Below are positions 1 through 10,152 of a stretch of 40,000 bases of DNA, one piece after another. Under the pieces are notes generated by a model, which was given only the letters and a program-made list of their open reading frames with translations, ran no database searches and was not told the origin of the DNA. How positions within the stretch are numbered: the first letter of the stretch is position 1; each line of letters starts with the position of its first letter. The DNA is from Polyangiaceae bacterium (GTDB lineage Bacteria > Myxococcota_A > Polyangia > Polyangiales > Polyangiaceae), in assembly GCA_965222375.1 (NCBI GenBank), contig CBDCTZ010000016.1, positions 342,808-382,807 on the forward strand, in the 5' to 3' direction. Position numbers and translations under genes: made by a program.

Positions 1-1
1 G

Positions 2-238
2 AAGTGGCACCATGTCGTGGCCACCCATGGCAGTAGCGGCGTGTGCCTCTACGTGCGCGCCGTCGATGCGGCCGCGCCCGTCTTCGACTGCAACAAAGCC
101 AACGGCAGCTTGCCATCGGTGACGGAGCCCATGCTGTTCGGTTCGAAACTCACCGGGCTCCTCGACGAACTCGCCATCTACGACAAAGAGCTGTCGCAGG
201 CGCAAATCACCGCGCACTTCAACGCGAAAACGAAGTAG
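2..238 (+). CDS. C-terminal end of a LamG/concanavalin-like domain protein (5' part outside window)
   Basis: The frame is open from the window edge. It reads KWHHVVATHGSSGVCLYV...LDELAIYDKELSQAQI, which resembles the end of laminin-G type domains. Confidence 0.5.
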   Translation, partial: KWHHVVATHGSSGVCLYVRAVDAAAPVFDCNKANGSLPSVTEPMLFGSKLTGLLDELAIYDKELSQAQITAHFNAKTK

Positions 239-247
239 CTCCGCCCC

Positions 248-1081
248 TCAGAAACGCAGTCGCAATCGCGCGCTGGTCGGCCCAATACCCACCGCGACCT
301 CTTCCGAGGGGCTCTGCAGAAAGTAGACGCCTACGGCGCTAGCGACGCCCGCAAGTCCAATGCCGAGCGCGATGTCGCCAATCAGGTACTTGGTGCCGAG
401 GCTATCCACGTCCGCTTGGTCGCAGCGCGGCTTGCACTCATCCAGATCTTTTTCGTCCTGCGCCACGACGAGCGCCATTGCGCCAAAGCCGATGAAGCCA
501 GCGATCCCCACGCCGCCCAGCACGTAGGAAGCCGTCGGGATGCTGCGCCCGGGCGCCGCGTCCGCAGCCGGGTCCTTTCCGCCACCACCCGCGCTCGCTG
601 CCACGGGCGTCTCCGTGAACGACACGCTGACCATGCGCGAGCGCTCTCCCTCCCGGACTTCGATCTGGCGCGTGATCTTCGGCTGGTCCTCGATCTCCGC
701 CACCACCATGTGCGCGCCGGGATCCAGCGAGATCTCCTTGCCGGGATCTTGCGCTTTGCCGTCCACGCTCACTCGCGCATCCGATAGCTCGCGACCCGCC
801 CGACGCACCGTGACGATGATGGTGGGCACGGACTTCTCCAGCTCGGCTTGCCACTGCCGGCACTCCTTGCGTACCGGCGCTGGACAAACCGGCACCGCGC
901 AGCTGCGGCTCAGCGAAAGCGCCTCGACCAATTTCTTCTCGACGGACTTCTGCTGCGCCTGCTCATGCGCCAGCACGCACTCCTCGATCTTGTCAGCATG
1001 CGCCGCAGCGGGCGTCAGCGATACCACTACCGCCGCGACCCGTCCCAGCCGCACAGCCCGACTCACTTGCGCAGACACCAC
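248..1081 (-). CDS. hypothetical secreted/membrane-anchored protein
   Basis: 277-aa ORF with a signal-like N-terminus and a C-proximal TM segment (YVLGGVGIAGFIGFGAMALVV). It lies immediately downstream of the kinase gene on the same strand. Confidence 0.6.
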   Translation of the reverse strand: MVSAQVSRAVRLGRVAAVVVSLTPAAAHADKIEECVLAHEQAQQKSVEKKLVEALSLSRSCAVPVCPAPVRKECRQWQAELEKSVPTIIVTVRRAGRELSDARVSVDGKAQDPGKEISLDPGAHMVVAEIEDQPKITRQIEVREGERSRMVSVSFTETPVAASAGGGGKDPAADAAPGRSIPTASYVLGGVGIAGFIGFGAMALVVAQDEKDLDECKPRCDQADVDSLGTKYLIGDIALGIGLAGVASAVGVYFLQSPSEEVAVGIGPTSARLRLRF

Positions 1082-2511
1082 ACCTTATACTTCTTGACCC
1101 CCGTCTTCTTGTCGATCGAATACGGAGGATTGCACGGGTCCGGTTTGACCGTGGGCCTCCGGATTGGTTTTTTGGGACTGTCCGGCTTTGTAGCTCCCTG
1201 TAATGGCGCTGGCTCCGGAGCCGCAGTGGCCTGAGGTGTCGGCACGCTTCGAAAACCAGGATTGCGCGCAAGCGGAGTTCGCTGATGCCCGAGGCTTGGC
1301 TCAGCAGCCACACGCAGCCCAAGTACGACGAGCGTGGCCGTGACGGCGAGCAATGCTGCGGCGACGAGTGCCCAACGAAGCGGCGCAGAGCCGCGACGTT
1401 TGGGCGTCTCGCTGGAAACCGATAGCTGCGTGGGCTGCTCTGCCGCCATCGCCACGGGCGTGGGCGCATCGGGCTCTTCGGCGGGCAGGCGCACCAGTTC
1501 GTTCAAGCGCGCAAGCTCTTGGCCTGCCACCGCGTCGGTCCACACCGCGAGTTGTTCCTGCGAAATTGGCGCGCACGCTGCACACAGCGCGCGCTCGAGC
1601 TCCGCTGCAGTCGCGTATCGCTGCTGCGGGTTGCGATCGAGACCCCGCATGATTGTCGCGTCCAGCTCGGGCGAGATCCCCGGTGCGAAGGCGCTCGGCG
1701 GATCGACGACTTTCGAGATCACCTCCGCGAACACTCCGGGGCCGCCACCACTGCGACTGAATAGCCGGCGTCCAGCGAGCAACTCCCAGAGCACCACGGC
1801 GGAAGCGTAGACATCCACTTGTCGCGTGGCGGCTCCGCCCTGCAACACTTCCGGCGCCATGTAGCCCAGCTTGCCTTTGAGCTCCCCCGTGTTCGTGTTT
1901 TGACTGCGGTCCACGGCCTTGGCGATCCCGAAGTCGAGCACGCGAGCGACACCGTCGACGCCTAGCAAGATGTTCTGAGGCGATATGTCACGGTGAATCA
2001 CCCCCAAGGCCGCGCCGGAATCGTCTTTCAGTTCGTGGGCCACATGCAAGCCGCGCAGCGCGCCGGTCATGATGGTGATGGCGTGGGCCGCGGGCAGCGG
2101 CGCCTTCAAGGAGCGCCTCAACTTGCTCAGGCTGACGCCATGAATGTACTCCATTACGATTGCAAGCTGTCCCGGCTCCGGCGTCAGCACATCGAGGGTC
2201 GAGACCACGTTTGGGTGTTGGATGTTCGCCGCCAGGCGCGCTTCGTCCGCGAGCATCGCCAGAAACTCTGGCTCGTGCGCGAAGTGGGGATGGAGCATTT
2301 TGAGGGCGACCCGCTTCGAAAACCCCCCTGGCCCCGTCAGCCGCGCCAGATAGACCGTCGCCATCCCGCCGCGCGCGATCTCGCCGACTACGCGGTAGCG
2401 ACCCACGAGGGTGGGCAGCGTGCGGCTGCCCACATCGCCGGTACCGGCGCTCCCTGACGGCGATCCAGAAAGCGAAGACGAAGAAGACACGAGGCCCAAA
2501 TCATAGCGCAC
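1063..2511 (-). CDS. serine/threonine protein kinase (Hanks type) with C-terminal TM and Pro-rich tail
   Basis: Kinase motifs are present: GGMATVY, VALKML, HRDISPQNILL, DFGIAK, GYMAPE. Confidence 0.9.
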   Translation of the reverse strand: MRYDLGLVSSSSSLSGSPSGSAGTGDVGSRTLPTLVGRYRVVGEIARGGMATVYLARLTGPGGFSKRVALKMLHPHFAHEPEFLAMLADEARLAANIQHPNVVSTLDVLTPEPGQLAIVMEYIHGVSLSKLRRSLKAPLPAAHAITIMTGALRGLHVAHELKDDSGAALGVIHRDISPQNILLGVDGVARVLDFGIAKAVDRSQNTNTGELKGKLGYMAPEVLQGGAATRQVDVYASAVVLWELLAGRRLFSRSGGGPGVFAEVISKVVDPPSAFAPGISPELDATIMRGLDRNPQQRYATAAELERALCAACAPISQEQLAVWTDAVAGQELARLNELVRLPAEEPDAPTPVAMAAEQPTQLSVSSETPKRRGSAPLRWALVAAALLAVTATLVVLGLRVAAEPSLGHQRTPLARNPGFRSVPTPQATAAPEPAPLQGATKPDSPKKPIRRPTVKPDPCNPPYSIDKKTGVKKYKVWCLRK

Positions 2512-2617
2512 CGCGTGCGAACCGGGCGACTTGGCGGCGTCTTTGGCGGCGCGGCGAAGCGTTCGCGCGTGGGCGCCACGCTGGCTGACGGAGCAGCCGC
2601 GTGCTGGCGCCGAATTG

Positions 2618-4039
2618 TCAGCGCTTCCGAGGCCGGGGGATCCCGTACATGTCCATGCGTTTCATCAAGACCTTGCGCGTGATGCCGAGTTCCTTGGCTG
2701 CGCGGGTTTGGTTGCCTGCAGCAGCATCGAGGGCGGCTACGATCCGTGCCTTTTCGACATCACCCAGGGTCTGAGTCGGGCCCAGGGTCTGAGTTGAACC
2801 GGCGCTCTCGTGCGGCGGCGGTGGCCGCAGCGTCGCGCCGCCGAGGTCGGGAGCGGGGGTTGGCGGCAGTGGCCGTAGCGTCGTGCCGCCGAGGCTGGGC
2901 GCGGGGGTCGGCATGCCGGCAGCGCGAAAATCCTCCACGCTGATCTCCGGACCGGGCTGCAAGATCAACGCGCGCTCGACGATGTTTCGCAGCTCCCGGG
3001 CATTGCCGGGCCAGGGCAGCTGCTGCAGAGACCGTATTGCCTCTGGGGCGATGCGCGGAACGTTGCGGCAGTGAGATGCTGCGATCTGTTTGGCAAACGC
3101 GTTCAGCAACGCCGGTACGTCCTCTGGGCGATCCCGAAGCGGCGGAACCACTATGGGAAAGACGTTGATTCGGTAAAACAGATCTTGGCGAAAGCGGCCG
3201 GCGGCGATCTCTGCTTCCAGGTTCCGATGCGTGGCGGCAATGACTCGCACGTCGATGGGTGTCGGCTCTCGGGAACCCAGTCGGAGCACCGAACGGGACT
3301 CGAGTACTCGCAGTAGCTTGGCCTGTAGGCCCACGGGTAGATCTCCGATCTCGTCCAGGAATACGGTTCCACCGTTCGCGGCTTCGAACAGGCCCTCGCG
3401 CCTCTTGTCAGCACCGGTGAAAGCGCCGCGCTCGTGGCCAAAGAGCTCACCCTCCAGCAGGTTCTCGGGCAGTGCGGCGCAGTTGAGGGGCAAGAAGGTC
3501 TTGGCAGCTCGTGGCGACCAAGCGTGTATGGCGCGCGCGAGTACATCCTTGCCAACGCCGGTTTCGCCGAGCAGCAGCGTCGTTGTATCGGATTGGGCGA
3601 CACGCTGCGCCACTGACAGCACCTGGACCATTGCTTTGCTCTCAGCGACGGGTGCGTCGTTGGAGCCGCGCTCGACGCTATCTTCATCAGCGGGAAGGAC
3701 TACCAAGAACACGGAGCCCAGGCGAAACACCGCTCGCTCCGAAAGCCTCTCTGTGTTGCCGCGCTCCAGACGTCGGTCGCTGTCCAGCTTGTGCGTGGCG
3801 TCTTGGGTAGACGGGTCCGCGACGTCGCGGACGAATGTGCCGTTGGCGCTACCGAGATCTTCCAGCAGGACCTCGTGGTCCAGGCTGAGCCGCGCGTGGC
3901 GCCTGGAGACCGAGGGGTCCTCGAGCACGATATCGCATTCCGGCGCCCGCCCGAGGACAACGCTGCCCGCCCTAGGCAACGCCACATCGCGTGCTTGGTC
4001 GACAGTCAGAATTCGAAGCCGAAGGGCGCCTCGGGACAT
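2618..4039 (-). CDS. sigma-54-dependent transcriptional activator with N-terminal FHA domain and C-terminal Fis-type HTH
   Basis: FHA domain ([22 protein letters not shown]...GSANGTFV), AAA+ domain ([22 protein letters not shown]) and HTH ([20 protein letters not shown]). Confidence 0.9.
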   Translation of the reverse strand: MSRGALRLRILTVDQARDVALPRAGSVVLGRAPECDIVLEDPSVSRRHARLSLDHEVLLEDLGSANGTFVRDVADPSTQDATHKLDSDRRLERGNTERLSERAVFRLGSVFLVVLPADEDSVERGSNDAPVAESKAMVQVLSVAQRVAQSDTTTLLLGETGVGKDVLARAIHAWSPRAAKTFLPLNCAALPENLLEGELFGHERGAFTGADKRREGLFEAANGGTVFLDEIGDLPVGLQAKLLRVLESRSVLRLGSREPTPIDVRVIAATHRNLEAEIAAGRFRQDLFYRINVFPIVVPPLRDRPEDVPALLNAFAKQIAASHCRNVPRIAPEAIRSLQQLPWPGNARELRNIVERALILQPGPEISVEDFRAAGMPTPAPSLGGTTLRPLPPTPAPDLGGATLRPPPPHESAGSTQTLGPTQTLGDVEKARIVAALDAAAGNQTRAAKELGITRKVLMKRMDMYGIPRPRKR

Positions 4040-4146
4040 CGAGGATCGATATCACATCCGGCTTTAGCGAGCGCCTCCACCTCCGTCGCCCTCGCGGAAA
4101 GGCAAAGCTGGGGAAAGGCGGAAAGACAAAGACGGGCAACCCGACG

Positions 4147-4423
4147 GCGTGAATGGCGAAAAGACGAGGCGGGGAACGCGCGCGCGTGAATGGCGAAAAG
4201 ACGAAGCGGGGAACCCGAGGGCGTGAATGGCGAAAAGACGAGGCGGGTAGCTGGACGGCGTGGATGGCGGAAAGACGAGGCGGGTAGCCGGACGGCGTGA
4301 ACGGCGGAAAGACGAGGCGGGTAACCCGAGGGCGTGAATGGCGAAAAGACGAAGCGGGGAACGCGCGCGCGTGAATGGCGAAAAGACCAAGGCGGGTAGC
4401 CCGACGGCGTGAATGGCGCCGAG
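4147..4423. repeat. 37-bp tandem repeat array (about 7.5 units), non-coding
   Basis: Units start at 4147, 4184, 4221, 4258, 4295, 4332, 4369 and 4407. Consensus is GCGTGAATGGCGAAAAGACGAGGCGGGKARCNNNNNN. A degenerate copy lies at about 4111-4146. The period is not a multiple of 3. Confidence 0.85.
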
Positions 4424-4473
4424 AAAGTGGGAAGCGGTTGCCAGCAGCCCTAGGGGCGAGGTCACGGGTTCGA

Positions 4474-4845
4474 CTAGACGTGTTGGTCGACGAGGATGGG
4501 GTTTCCGTCCGGGTCCACCGCGATGAAGCTTGCGGGTCCGGTGGTGGTCTCGTCGGCTTCGCTGACGAGAGTGACGCCGGCTGCCTTGAGTTGCTTCTGC
4601 AGCTCACGCACGTCAGTGAACTCCTCGACGTTTTCGGCGTTCTGGTTCCATCCAGGATTGAAGGTCAGGGTGTTCTTCTCGAACATGCCCTGGAACAGAC
4701 CGATGACGCGGTCGCCGTTCTTCATGATCAGCCAGTTCTGGGAGGCGTCGCCACCCATCACGCTGAAGCCGAGCTTTTCGTAGAACGCCTTCGAGGCTGC
4801 GATGTCTTTGACGGCCAAGCTGATTGAAAACGCTCCGAGATCCAT
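4474..4845 (-). CDS. VOC/glyoxalase-bleomycin resistance family protein
   Basis: 123-aa ORF. The pattern [27 protein letters not shown]...[14 protein letters not shown] is typical of the glyoxalase/VOC fold. Confidence 0.8.
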   Translation of the reverse strand: MDLGAFSISLAVKDIAASKAFYEKLGFSVMGGDASQNWLIMKNGDRVIGLFQGMFEKNTLTFNPGWNQNAENVEEFTDVRELQKQLKAAGVTLVSEADETTTGPASFIAVDPDGNPILVDQHV

Positions 4846-4913
4846 GGCAGTGTCTCCTTTGCGGCGCGCAGAGTGTCAGCACTCGCGCTTCAGCTCAAGT
4901 GGGGGCGACTAAT

Positions 4914-5474
4914 ATGCGCGGCTGTGTCAGGCTCGGGCCGCTCGTCGAGGGTGCAAGTGACGTGAGACCGAAGAAGGGTGACGTTCTCTCCGAGGAAACG
5001 GAGGCGAAGATCAAGGCGCTGGCCGACAGCGCCGTGGCGGCGATGGACCGACAGGACTTCGTGCGGGCCAAGGGCGACGCGACGGCGGCGCTGGAGCTGT
5101 TTCCAGATCCCCTCGAGGGTTGGACGTCGTCCTTCTTGCTCAGCCTGATTGCCTTCGAGGCCGAAATGGGTCTGGGCAACCACCAGGTTGCACGGGTGCT
5201 GGTGGAGCAAACTGCAGGTTGCACCGGCGCGGACCGGGCGACGGTGGCCGTGATGCGGGGCCGGGTGAAGCTCGAGCTAGGCGACGAACAAGGCGCCGCT
5301 GCCGAGTTTTTGCAAGGGCTTCTAAAGGGCGGCGCCGTCGAGTTCGAAGGCGTCGACCCCAAGTACTTCGCCTTTGCCGAAGAGCACCTCAAGCCTCCCG
5401 AGGGCTGCAAGAGTTGGAAGGACTTCGATCCGAAAACTGGAGCAGCGAAGAAGAAGTGGTGGCGGTTTTGGTAG
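4914..5474 (+). CDS. hypothetical protein
   Basis: ORF 4824-5474. I chose the internal Met at 4914 to avoid overlap with the convergent VOC gene. No recognisable family. The start is uncertain. Confidence 0.45.
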   Translation: MRGCVRLGPLVEGASDVRPKKGDVLSEETEAKIKALADSAVAAMDRQDFVRAKGDATAALELFPDPLEGWTSSFLLSLIAFEAEMGLGNHQVARVLVEQTAGCTGADRATVAVMRGRVKLELGDEQGAAAEFLQGLLKGGAVEFEGVDPKYFAFAEEHLKPPEGCKSWKDFDPKTGAAKKKWWRFW

Positions 5475-5640
5475 CTGAAGTTGCTATTCGCGGCACGGTC
5501 GCTGAACCCCTGTGAGCGGAGATGCGAGGACGTGTTGGTGGCGGTTTCATGACTGGGGGCGCCGCGGTGATGTCGCGGGCGTCAGCGAACCTGTCCCTGG
5601 GGCCGCCGTGCGGAGGCGCGCACGCGTTGCAGCCCGCCGT

Positions 5641-6381
5641 CTACAGTGAGATCTCGAAGCCATCGTGGGCGGCCTCGAGATCGAGATCGCCCAGTCGAGA
5701 CAGCATGTCTTGGCTCATATGCGTGACCACGATGCGCTTGCAGTCGAACTGGGAGCGGTGCTGCATCAGCGTCGAATAGTCGAGGTGGAAGGGGACGCGC
5801 TTTTCGTAGAAGTAGGCCTCGCAAATGAAGAGATCGCACCCCGCGGCAGCCGTCAGCAGGCGATCCGTCCACTCTGTATCACCCGAGTAGGTGACCACAT
5901 GACCACTCGCCTCGACGCGTAGGGCGTAGGGCGGCGCACCACAGGCGTGTACGACCTCGTAAGGGGTCACGCCTAGCTCGCCAACCCTGGCGGTGACACC
6001 GTCGGCAAGCTCCTGGAACTCGACGGCGAACTTACGTTGCGCGCTGGACGAGCCGGGAAAGAAGACTTCCATCGCCTCGGTGACGCGAGCTTCGATGCCC
6101 GGGGGGCCAGCGATCTGAAGCGGCTTGTCGCGGCCTGAAAACTGGGCATCGACAATGACAAAGGGCAGGCCACCGAAATGGTCGCCGTGCAGATGGCTGA
6201 TCAGCACGGTGTCGATAGCGTTGGGATCTACTCCGGCTGCCTTGAGCGCAATCAGCGAAGAGGCTCCGCAGTCGATCAGGCACGAGCTGGAGTTGGCCTC
6301 GATCAAGATGCAGGTTTGAAAGCGCCCGCCGCTGCCGAAAGCGTCGCCGCTGCCCAAGAATCGAACCCGAACCTGTCCCAT
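5641..6381 (-). CDS. MBL-fold metallo-hydrolase
   Basis: 246-aa ORF with the HLHGDHFGG metal-binding motif and beta-lactamase-fold layout. Confidence 0.85.
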   Translation of the reverse strand: MGQVRVRFLGSGDAFGSGGRFQTCILIEANSSSCLIDCGASSLIALKAAGVDPNAIDTVLISHLHGDHFGGLPFVIVDAQFSGRDKPLQIAGPPGIEARVTEAMEVFFPGSSSAQRKFAVEFQELADGVTARVGELGVTPYEVVHACGAPPYALRVEASGHVVTYSGDTEWTDRLLTAAAGCDLFICEAYFYEKRVPFHLDYSTLMQHRSQFDCKRIVVTHMSQDMLSRLGDLDLEAAHDGFEISL

Positions 6382-6495
6382 CTTTCCAACGCTTTGGACT
6401 TCAGCGGCGCGTGACCGCCGACGGCCGGCGCCATGCTAGCACCAATCCAAGTCGGGATGCGTGCCCGTCGCTATAGTGCGTGGTAATCCCAGGGC

Positions 6496-7140
6496 ATGAA
6501 CGGCTTCCCCAGCGCGGCTCGCGCGTGTTTCTTCTGCGTGGTGTTGGGCACAGCTGCGGGCTGCGGCGGTAAGAGCGAGAGTGTCGACCCGCCGGTCGAT
6601 GCGGGAACGTCGGATGGGTCCGTCAAAGACGCGGCGCCTAGCGGTGACTGCGTGATTGCCGTGCGCACGGACGACTGCTGCACGGCGGCCGAAGCCGTGT
6701 CCGCTTCCGAGGTGGCCAAGGACCCGTGTTGGGAGCCCTACCGGCCGGAAAAGCTCGAACCCCAGTGCCTCGCGGCGCAGCCCAAGATGTGCGAACTGGT
6801 GGACTGCGACTACACGCCGCCAAAGAGCCGCGCGGTGCGACGCAACGCTGCGGGGCAGTGCGTGTTTGTCGACGAGTGCGCGACGGACCCCGACTGCACC
6901 TTCGCTTTCGACTACGGTCGGTGCTGCGTCAACTGCACGGGCGAGATCTTGTCCAAGTCGCTGGTGGATCAAGACCCGTGTCTGTCCACGGAGCTACTGC
7001 CGGGTGCTGCACCCGCTGACTGCAAGACGCCGGATTGCTCGGACGTGGACTGCGCATCCTGCTTGCCGGAAAAGCCGGATCCGCGCTGCGTGTCGGATCC
7101 GGATCCGGGTTCGCTCAAGGTGTGCGTGCAGGGAACGTAA
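6496..7140 (+). CDS. Cys-rich lipoprotein, unknown function
   Basis: Signal peptide with lipobox (LGTAAGC|GG) and many paired cysteines. Confidence 0.7.
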   Translation: MNGFPSAARACFFCVVLGTAAGCGGKSESVDPPVDAGTSDGSVKDAAPSGDCVIAVRTDDCCTAAEAVSASEVAKDPCWEPYRPEKLEPQCLAAQPKMCELVDCDYTPPKSRAVRRNAAGQCVFVDECATDPDCTFAFDYGRCCVNCTGEILSKSLVDQDPCLSTELLPGAAPADCKTPDCSDVDCASCLPEKPDPRCVSDPDPGSLKVCVQGT

Positions 7141-7336
7141 TGGCTGGTAGCGGAAAGCGACGCCCGAAGATTGAGGCCTAGGTCGACGGCAGCTTGGTCG
7201 CGCGCGGAACCCAGCCGGACTCTTTGGCGCAAGGCGAGAGTAGTGGCCCTGGGTGGACCAGAGATGCGACCCCCAAACCAAGCAACTCACCAGAATGTTC
7301 GGAGAGGGGGCCTGCGAAGTGTCGCGGTCGACGGAT

Positions 7337-7624
7337 TTACTTCGACCTCAGTTCGTAGATCCGGATGCTCTTGATGAAGGGGTTGCTCTCCGCGAGCTTG
7401 GCGGCGGCTTCGAGACTCTCGGCTTCGATGACGTTGTAGCCGGTAATGGCGTCCGCATCCCAGCCTAGCTCTCGCGTTCCAGTCTTGGAGATCTCTTTGC
7501 CGCCGGCGAAGCCACCCTGATCGACTTGCACGTCGGCAATGGAAGCGAACCAGGCTTTCCACTTCTCCATGATTTCCGGAGTGGGTTTCTCGAAGCCGAA
7601 ATGTAAGAACATGAACCTTTTCAC
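7337..7624 (-). CDS. small YciI/DGPF-like protein (tentative)
   Basis: The track ORF 7337-7852 is over-extended. A GTG at 7624 is preceded by AGGAGGAG. The product VKRFMFLHFG...ITGYNVIEAESLEAAAKLAESNPF resembles YCII-related domains. Confidence 0.5.
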   Translation of the reverse strand: MKRFMFLHFGFEKPTPEIMEKWKAWFASIADVQVDQGGFAGGKEISKTGTRELGWDADAITGYNVIEAESLEAAAKLAESNPFIKSIRIYELRSK

Positions 7625-7748
7625 AGCGATCTCCTCCTGGGGCCACCAGCCGCGGTGGGTCTTGACGTGTAGTGCTTCGTGCGCCGAGGCGTAAGCCCCA
7701 AGTTGGCGCAAGTGTGCCCCGGGGCTCCGTGCTAATGTTCCGTGCAGT

Positions 7749-10025
7749 ATGCGTAGAAAAAGCTTGGCTTGGTTGTGGGGCATTGCCCTCACGTCGTTGG
7801 TGTTTGCGAGTTCCTGCTCCGGAGAAAAGGAGCCACGACGCGGCCAAGTCATCGTCGCCTTTCAGACCGATCTTTCGATTCCCAAGGACATCAAGCTCAT
7901 CGTCGTCAGCATCTACGCGGGCGGGACGAAGCGCTTTCACCAGACTTATCCGCTCAACCCCGATGGCACCTTCAGCTTGCCGGCGACGCTGGCCATCGTC
8001 GAAGGTGAGCAGAAAAACCAGCCCATCACGATCCGTGCGGTGGGTCTGGATTCCGCGGGTGAGCCGCATGTGATTCGGCAGGCGGTGACGACGGTGCCGA
8101 AAGAACGCATCGCGCTGCTGCACATGCCGCTTCAGTTTCTCTGCTACCAAAAGGTGGACGAGGGTGTCGATATCGACGGCACCGAGAACTACGACGACGC
8201 CTGCACCAAGCAGGATCAAACTTGCATCTCCGGTGAGTGCGTGCCCGACGAGATCGACGTGAACACGCTCGCTGACTACGCTGGGGAACTCGTCTTCGGT
8301 GGGGTGGGCGCGCCAGGTTTGGCGGGTGGGCAGTGTCTCGATGTGCTCGGCTGCTTCGCGAAGGGCACGACGGTGGCGCCGGACGCCAACTGCACGGTGG
8401 CGCTTCCCGGTGGCAGTGAGGAAAACGTCAACGTGGGCCTCGTCATGCCCCTGAATGGGCAAGGGATCTGCGGCACGGAAGCTTGCATCGTGGCCTTGGA
8501 GCGGGATGACCTGTTGGGTTGGAAGTTCGAAAATGGCCGAGCCCAATTGCCGAAGGCGGTTTGCGATCGACTAGGCAAAGACATCAATGCGTTAGCGGTC
8601 ACGGGGGCGTGCGTGACCAAGACCACGTCGGTGCCGACCTGTGGTCCGTGGTCGAGCATCGACGGTGACTTCACCTTTGACGCGGGCGCACCCGCAGAGG
8701 GTGGCGAAGGTGGCGGGGAAGACCCCTGCGCTAACGCGGAAGATGGCACCTATTGCGAGTGGGAGCCGGTGATTGGCGGCGGTGGGGAAACCCTTCGCGA
8801 ATGCGCCGGGCGCACGACGGTGAGCATGACGGACTGCACGGCCAGTGGTCAGGTTTGCGTCGACGGTGCATCCGAGCCGGCGTTCTGTGCGCCAGCATCG
8901 GATGGCGGACTCGATGGCGGTGACGGCGGCGACGCCGGGTTGGTGACGTTTTGTACGGGCAAGTCCGACGGCTACTACTGCAGTGGCAGCGATCTGTATC
9001 GCTGCCTGGCGGGACTCGTGGATAGCCAGACCACGTGCACCTCGGGCTGCAGCAACGTCGGGCTCACGTCGTTCTGCACACCGCCACCGGATCCGACGGC
9101 GCAGTTTCTCGGGAACTTCTGCGTCAATGACTCGGAGTGCGGCGGGCTCAAGTGTTTGACCTCGACGGGGCTCAGCGACGGCAGTGGGCCCGCCTACGGC
9201 ATGTGCACCTGGCCCTGCGAACCTGGCCAAGGCGTTTGCAACGCGGTGTCGGCGGGGTCGGGTTGCCACACCTTCGGCACGGCGCAGAGCTTCTGTCTGC
9301 AACCTTGCAGCCTGTCTGCGTCGGGAAGCACCAAGTGCCATGGGCGCGTCGAGCAGGCCTGCGCGGATCTGGTCGACATGGGCGCGGGCGGGAAGAAGAC
9401 AATGTGCTTGCCCGCCTGCATTCAGGACACCGATTGCATTCCTCCGCCACCGCTGACTGACGCGGGCGCAGGCGATGCGAGTGCGCCGGATGGCGGCCCG
9501 CCCGATGCAAGCAGCGGGTTTGGTCACTGCTCCATCGCCAGCGGGCTATGTCAGCCGGTGTCGCCGGGTTCATCCAGCATTGGCAAAGACTGCTCGAGTT
9601 CGACCTGCAGCGACTCGGTGTGTACGCCCTTCAACTGGACCGCTCCACCGGATGCCGGCGTGGAAGCCGGACCCGGGTCGTCGATGGTCTGCTCCGGAGG
9701 CTGCTCCCTCGGCAATCTATGCGGTTGGGACACCCAGGCGACGTTGGAGCCCCCCGCGGCGTGTCTGCTGCCTACGGATCCCCTCAACATTCAGCTGGGC
9801 AACCTGGGGCAGTGCGTGCAGCTCTGCGGCTGCGGCAGCTCCTACTCGCCGGTATGCCCAACCGGTATGCAGTGCAACCGTTTCGACGCGAAGTGGCTCA
9901 AGGGCACTCCGGTGGAAGCCGCGATCATCTCGCTCGGCCTGACCAACTTCGGCGCCGATGGCTACTGCGGTCCGCCGATTGACCCGTCGGGCAAGCTGAT
10001 CACGAGTGTGATGCAGGATTGCTGA
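7749..10025 (+). CDS. large Cys-rich secreted lipoprotein
   Basis: 758-aa ORF with signal peptide and lipobox (LVFASSC|SG). It contains repeated Cys-rich modules and Gly/Asp-rich linkers. Confidence 0.75.
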   Translation: MRRKSLAWLWGIALTSLVFASSCSGEKEPRRGQVIVAFQTDLSIPKDIKLIVVSIYAGGTKRFHQTYPLNPDGTFSLPATLAIVEGEQKNQPITIRAVGLDSAGEPHVIRQAVTTVPKERIALLHMPLQFLCYQKVDEGVDIDGTENYDDACTKQDQTCISGECVPDEIDVNTLADYAGELVFGGVGAPGLAGGQCLDVLGCFAKGTTVAPDANCTVALPGGSEENVNVGLVMPLNGQGICGTEACIVALERDDLLGWKFENGRAQLPKAVCDRLGKDINALAVTGACVTKTTSVPTCGPWSSIDGDFTFDAGAPAEGGEGGGEDPCANAEDGTYCEWEPVIGGGGETLRECAGRTTVSMTDCTASGQVCVDGASEPAFCAPASDGGLDGGDGGDAGLVTFCTGKSDGYYCSGSDLYRCLAGLVDSQTTCTSGCSNVGLTSFCTPPPDPTAQFLGNFCVNDSECGGLKCLTSTGLSDGSGPAYGMCTWPCEPGQGVCNAVSAGSGCHTFGTAQSFCLQPCSLSASGSTKCHGRVEQACADLVDMGAGGKKTMCLPACIQDTDCIPPPPLTDAGAGDASAPDGGPPDASSGFGHCSIASGLCQPVSPGSSSIGKDCSSSTCSDSVCTPFNWTAPPDAGVEAGPGSSMVCSGGCSLGNLCGWDTQATLEPPAACLLPTDPLNIQLGNLGQCVQLCGCGSSYSPVCPTGMQCNRFDAKWLKGTPVEAAIISLGLTNFGADGYCGPPIDPSGKLITSVMQDC

Positions 10026-10152
10026 GCGGACCGCAACTCCGTACAGCCAGATCATGAGCACGGCGTCGTGTTGTTGATTTGAAACAGCAATCGGTGATCA
10101 GCACGCTCATAGCTTCGTCGAACCCGTGTGGCGCGACGGAGCGGGGCGGCGG

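Noticed and set aside
3972-4607. Long minus-strand ORFs (3972-4607 and 4064-4465) encode repetitive peptides (RLFAIHAxGLPASSFRHSRPRV...), and there is a CRISPR-like look to the 37-bp array.
   Set aside because: The 37-bp period is not a multiple of three. The two ORFs overlap each other in different frames, and there are no unique spacers between units. I interpret this as a non-coding tandem repeat.
7287-9527. Long minus-strand ORFs (7287-8546, 8276-8749, 8592-9527) lie opposite the 758-aa lipoprotein gene.
   Set aside because: These are Arg-rich antisense artefacts. The plus-strand ORF has a lipoprotein signal peptide and coherent Cys-rich modules.
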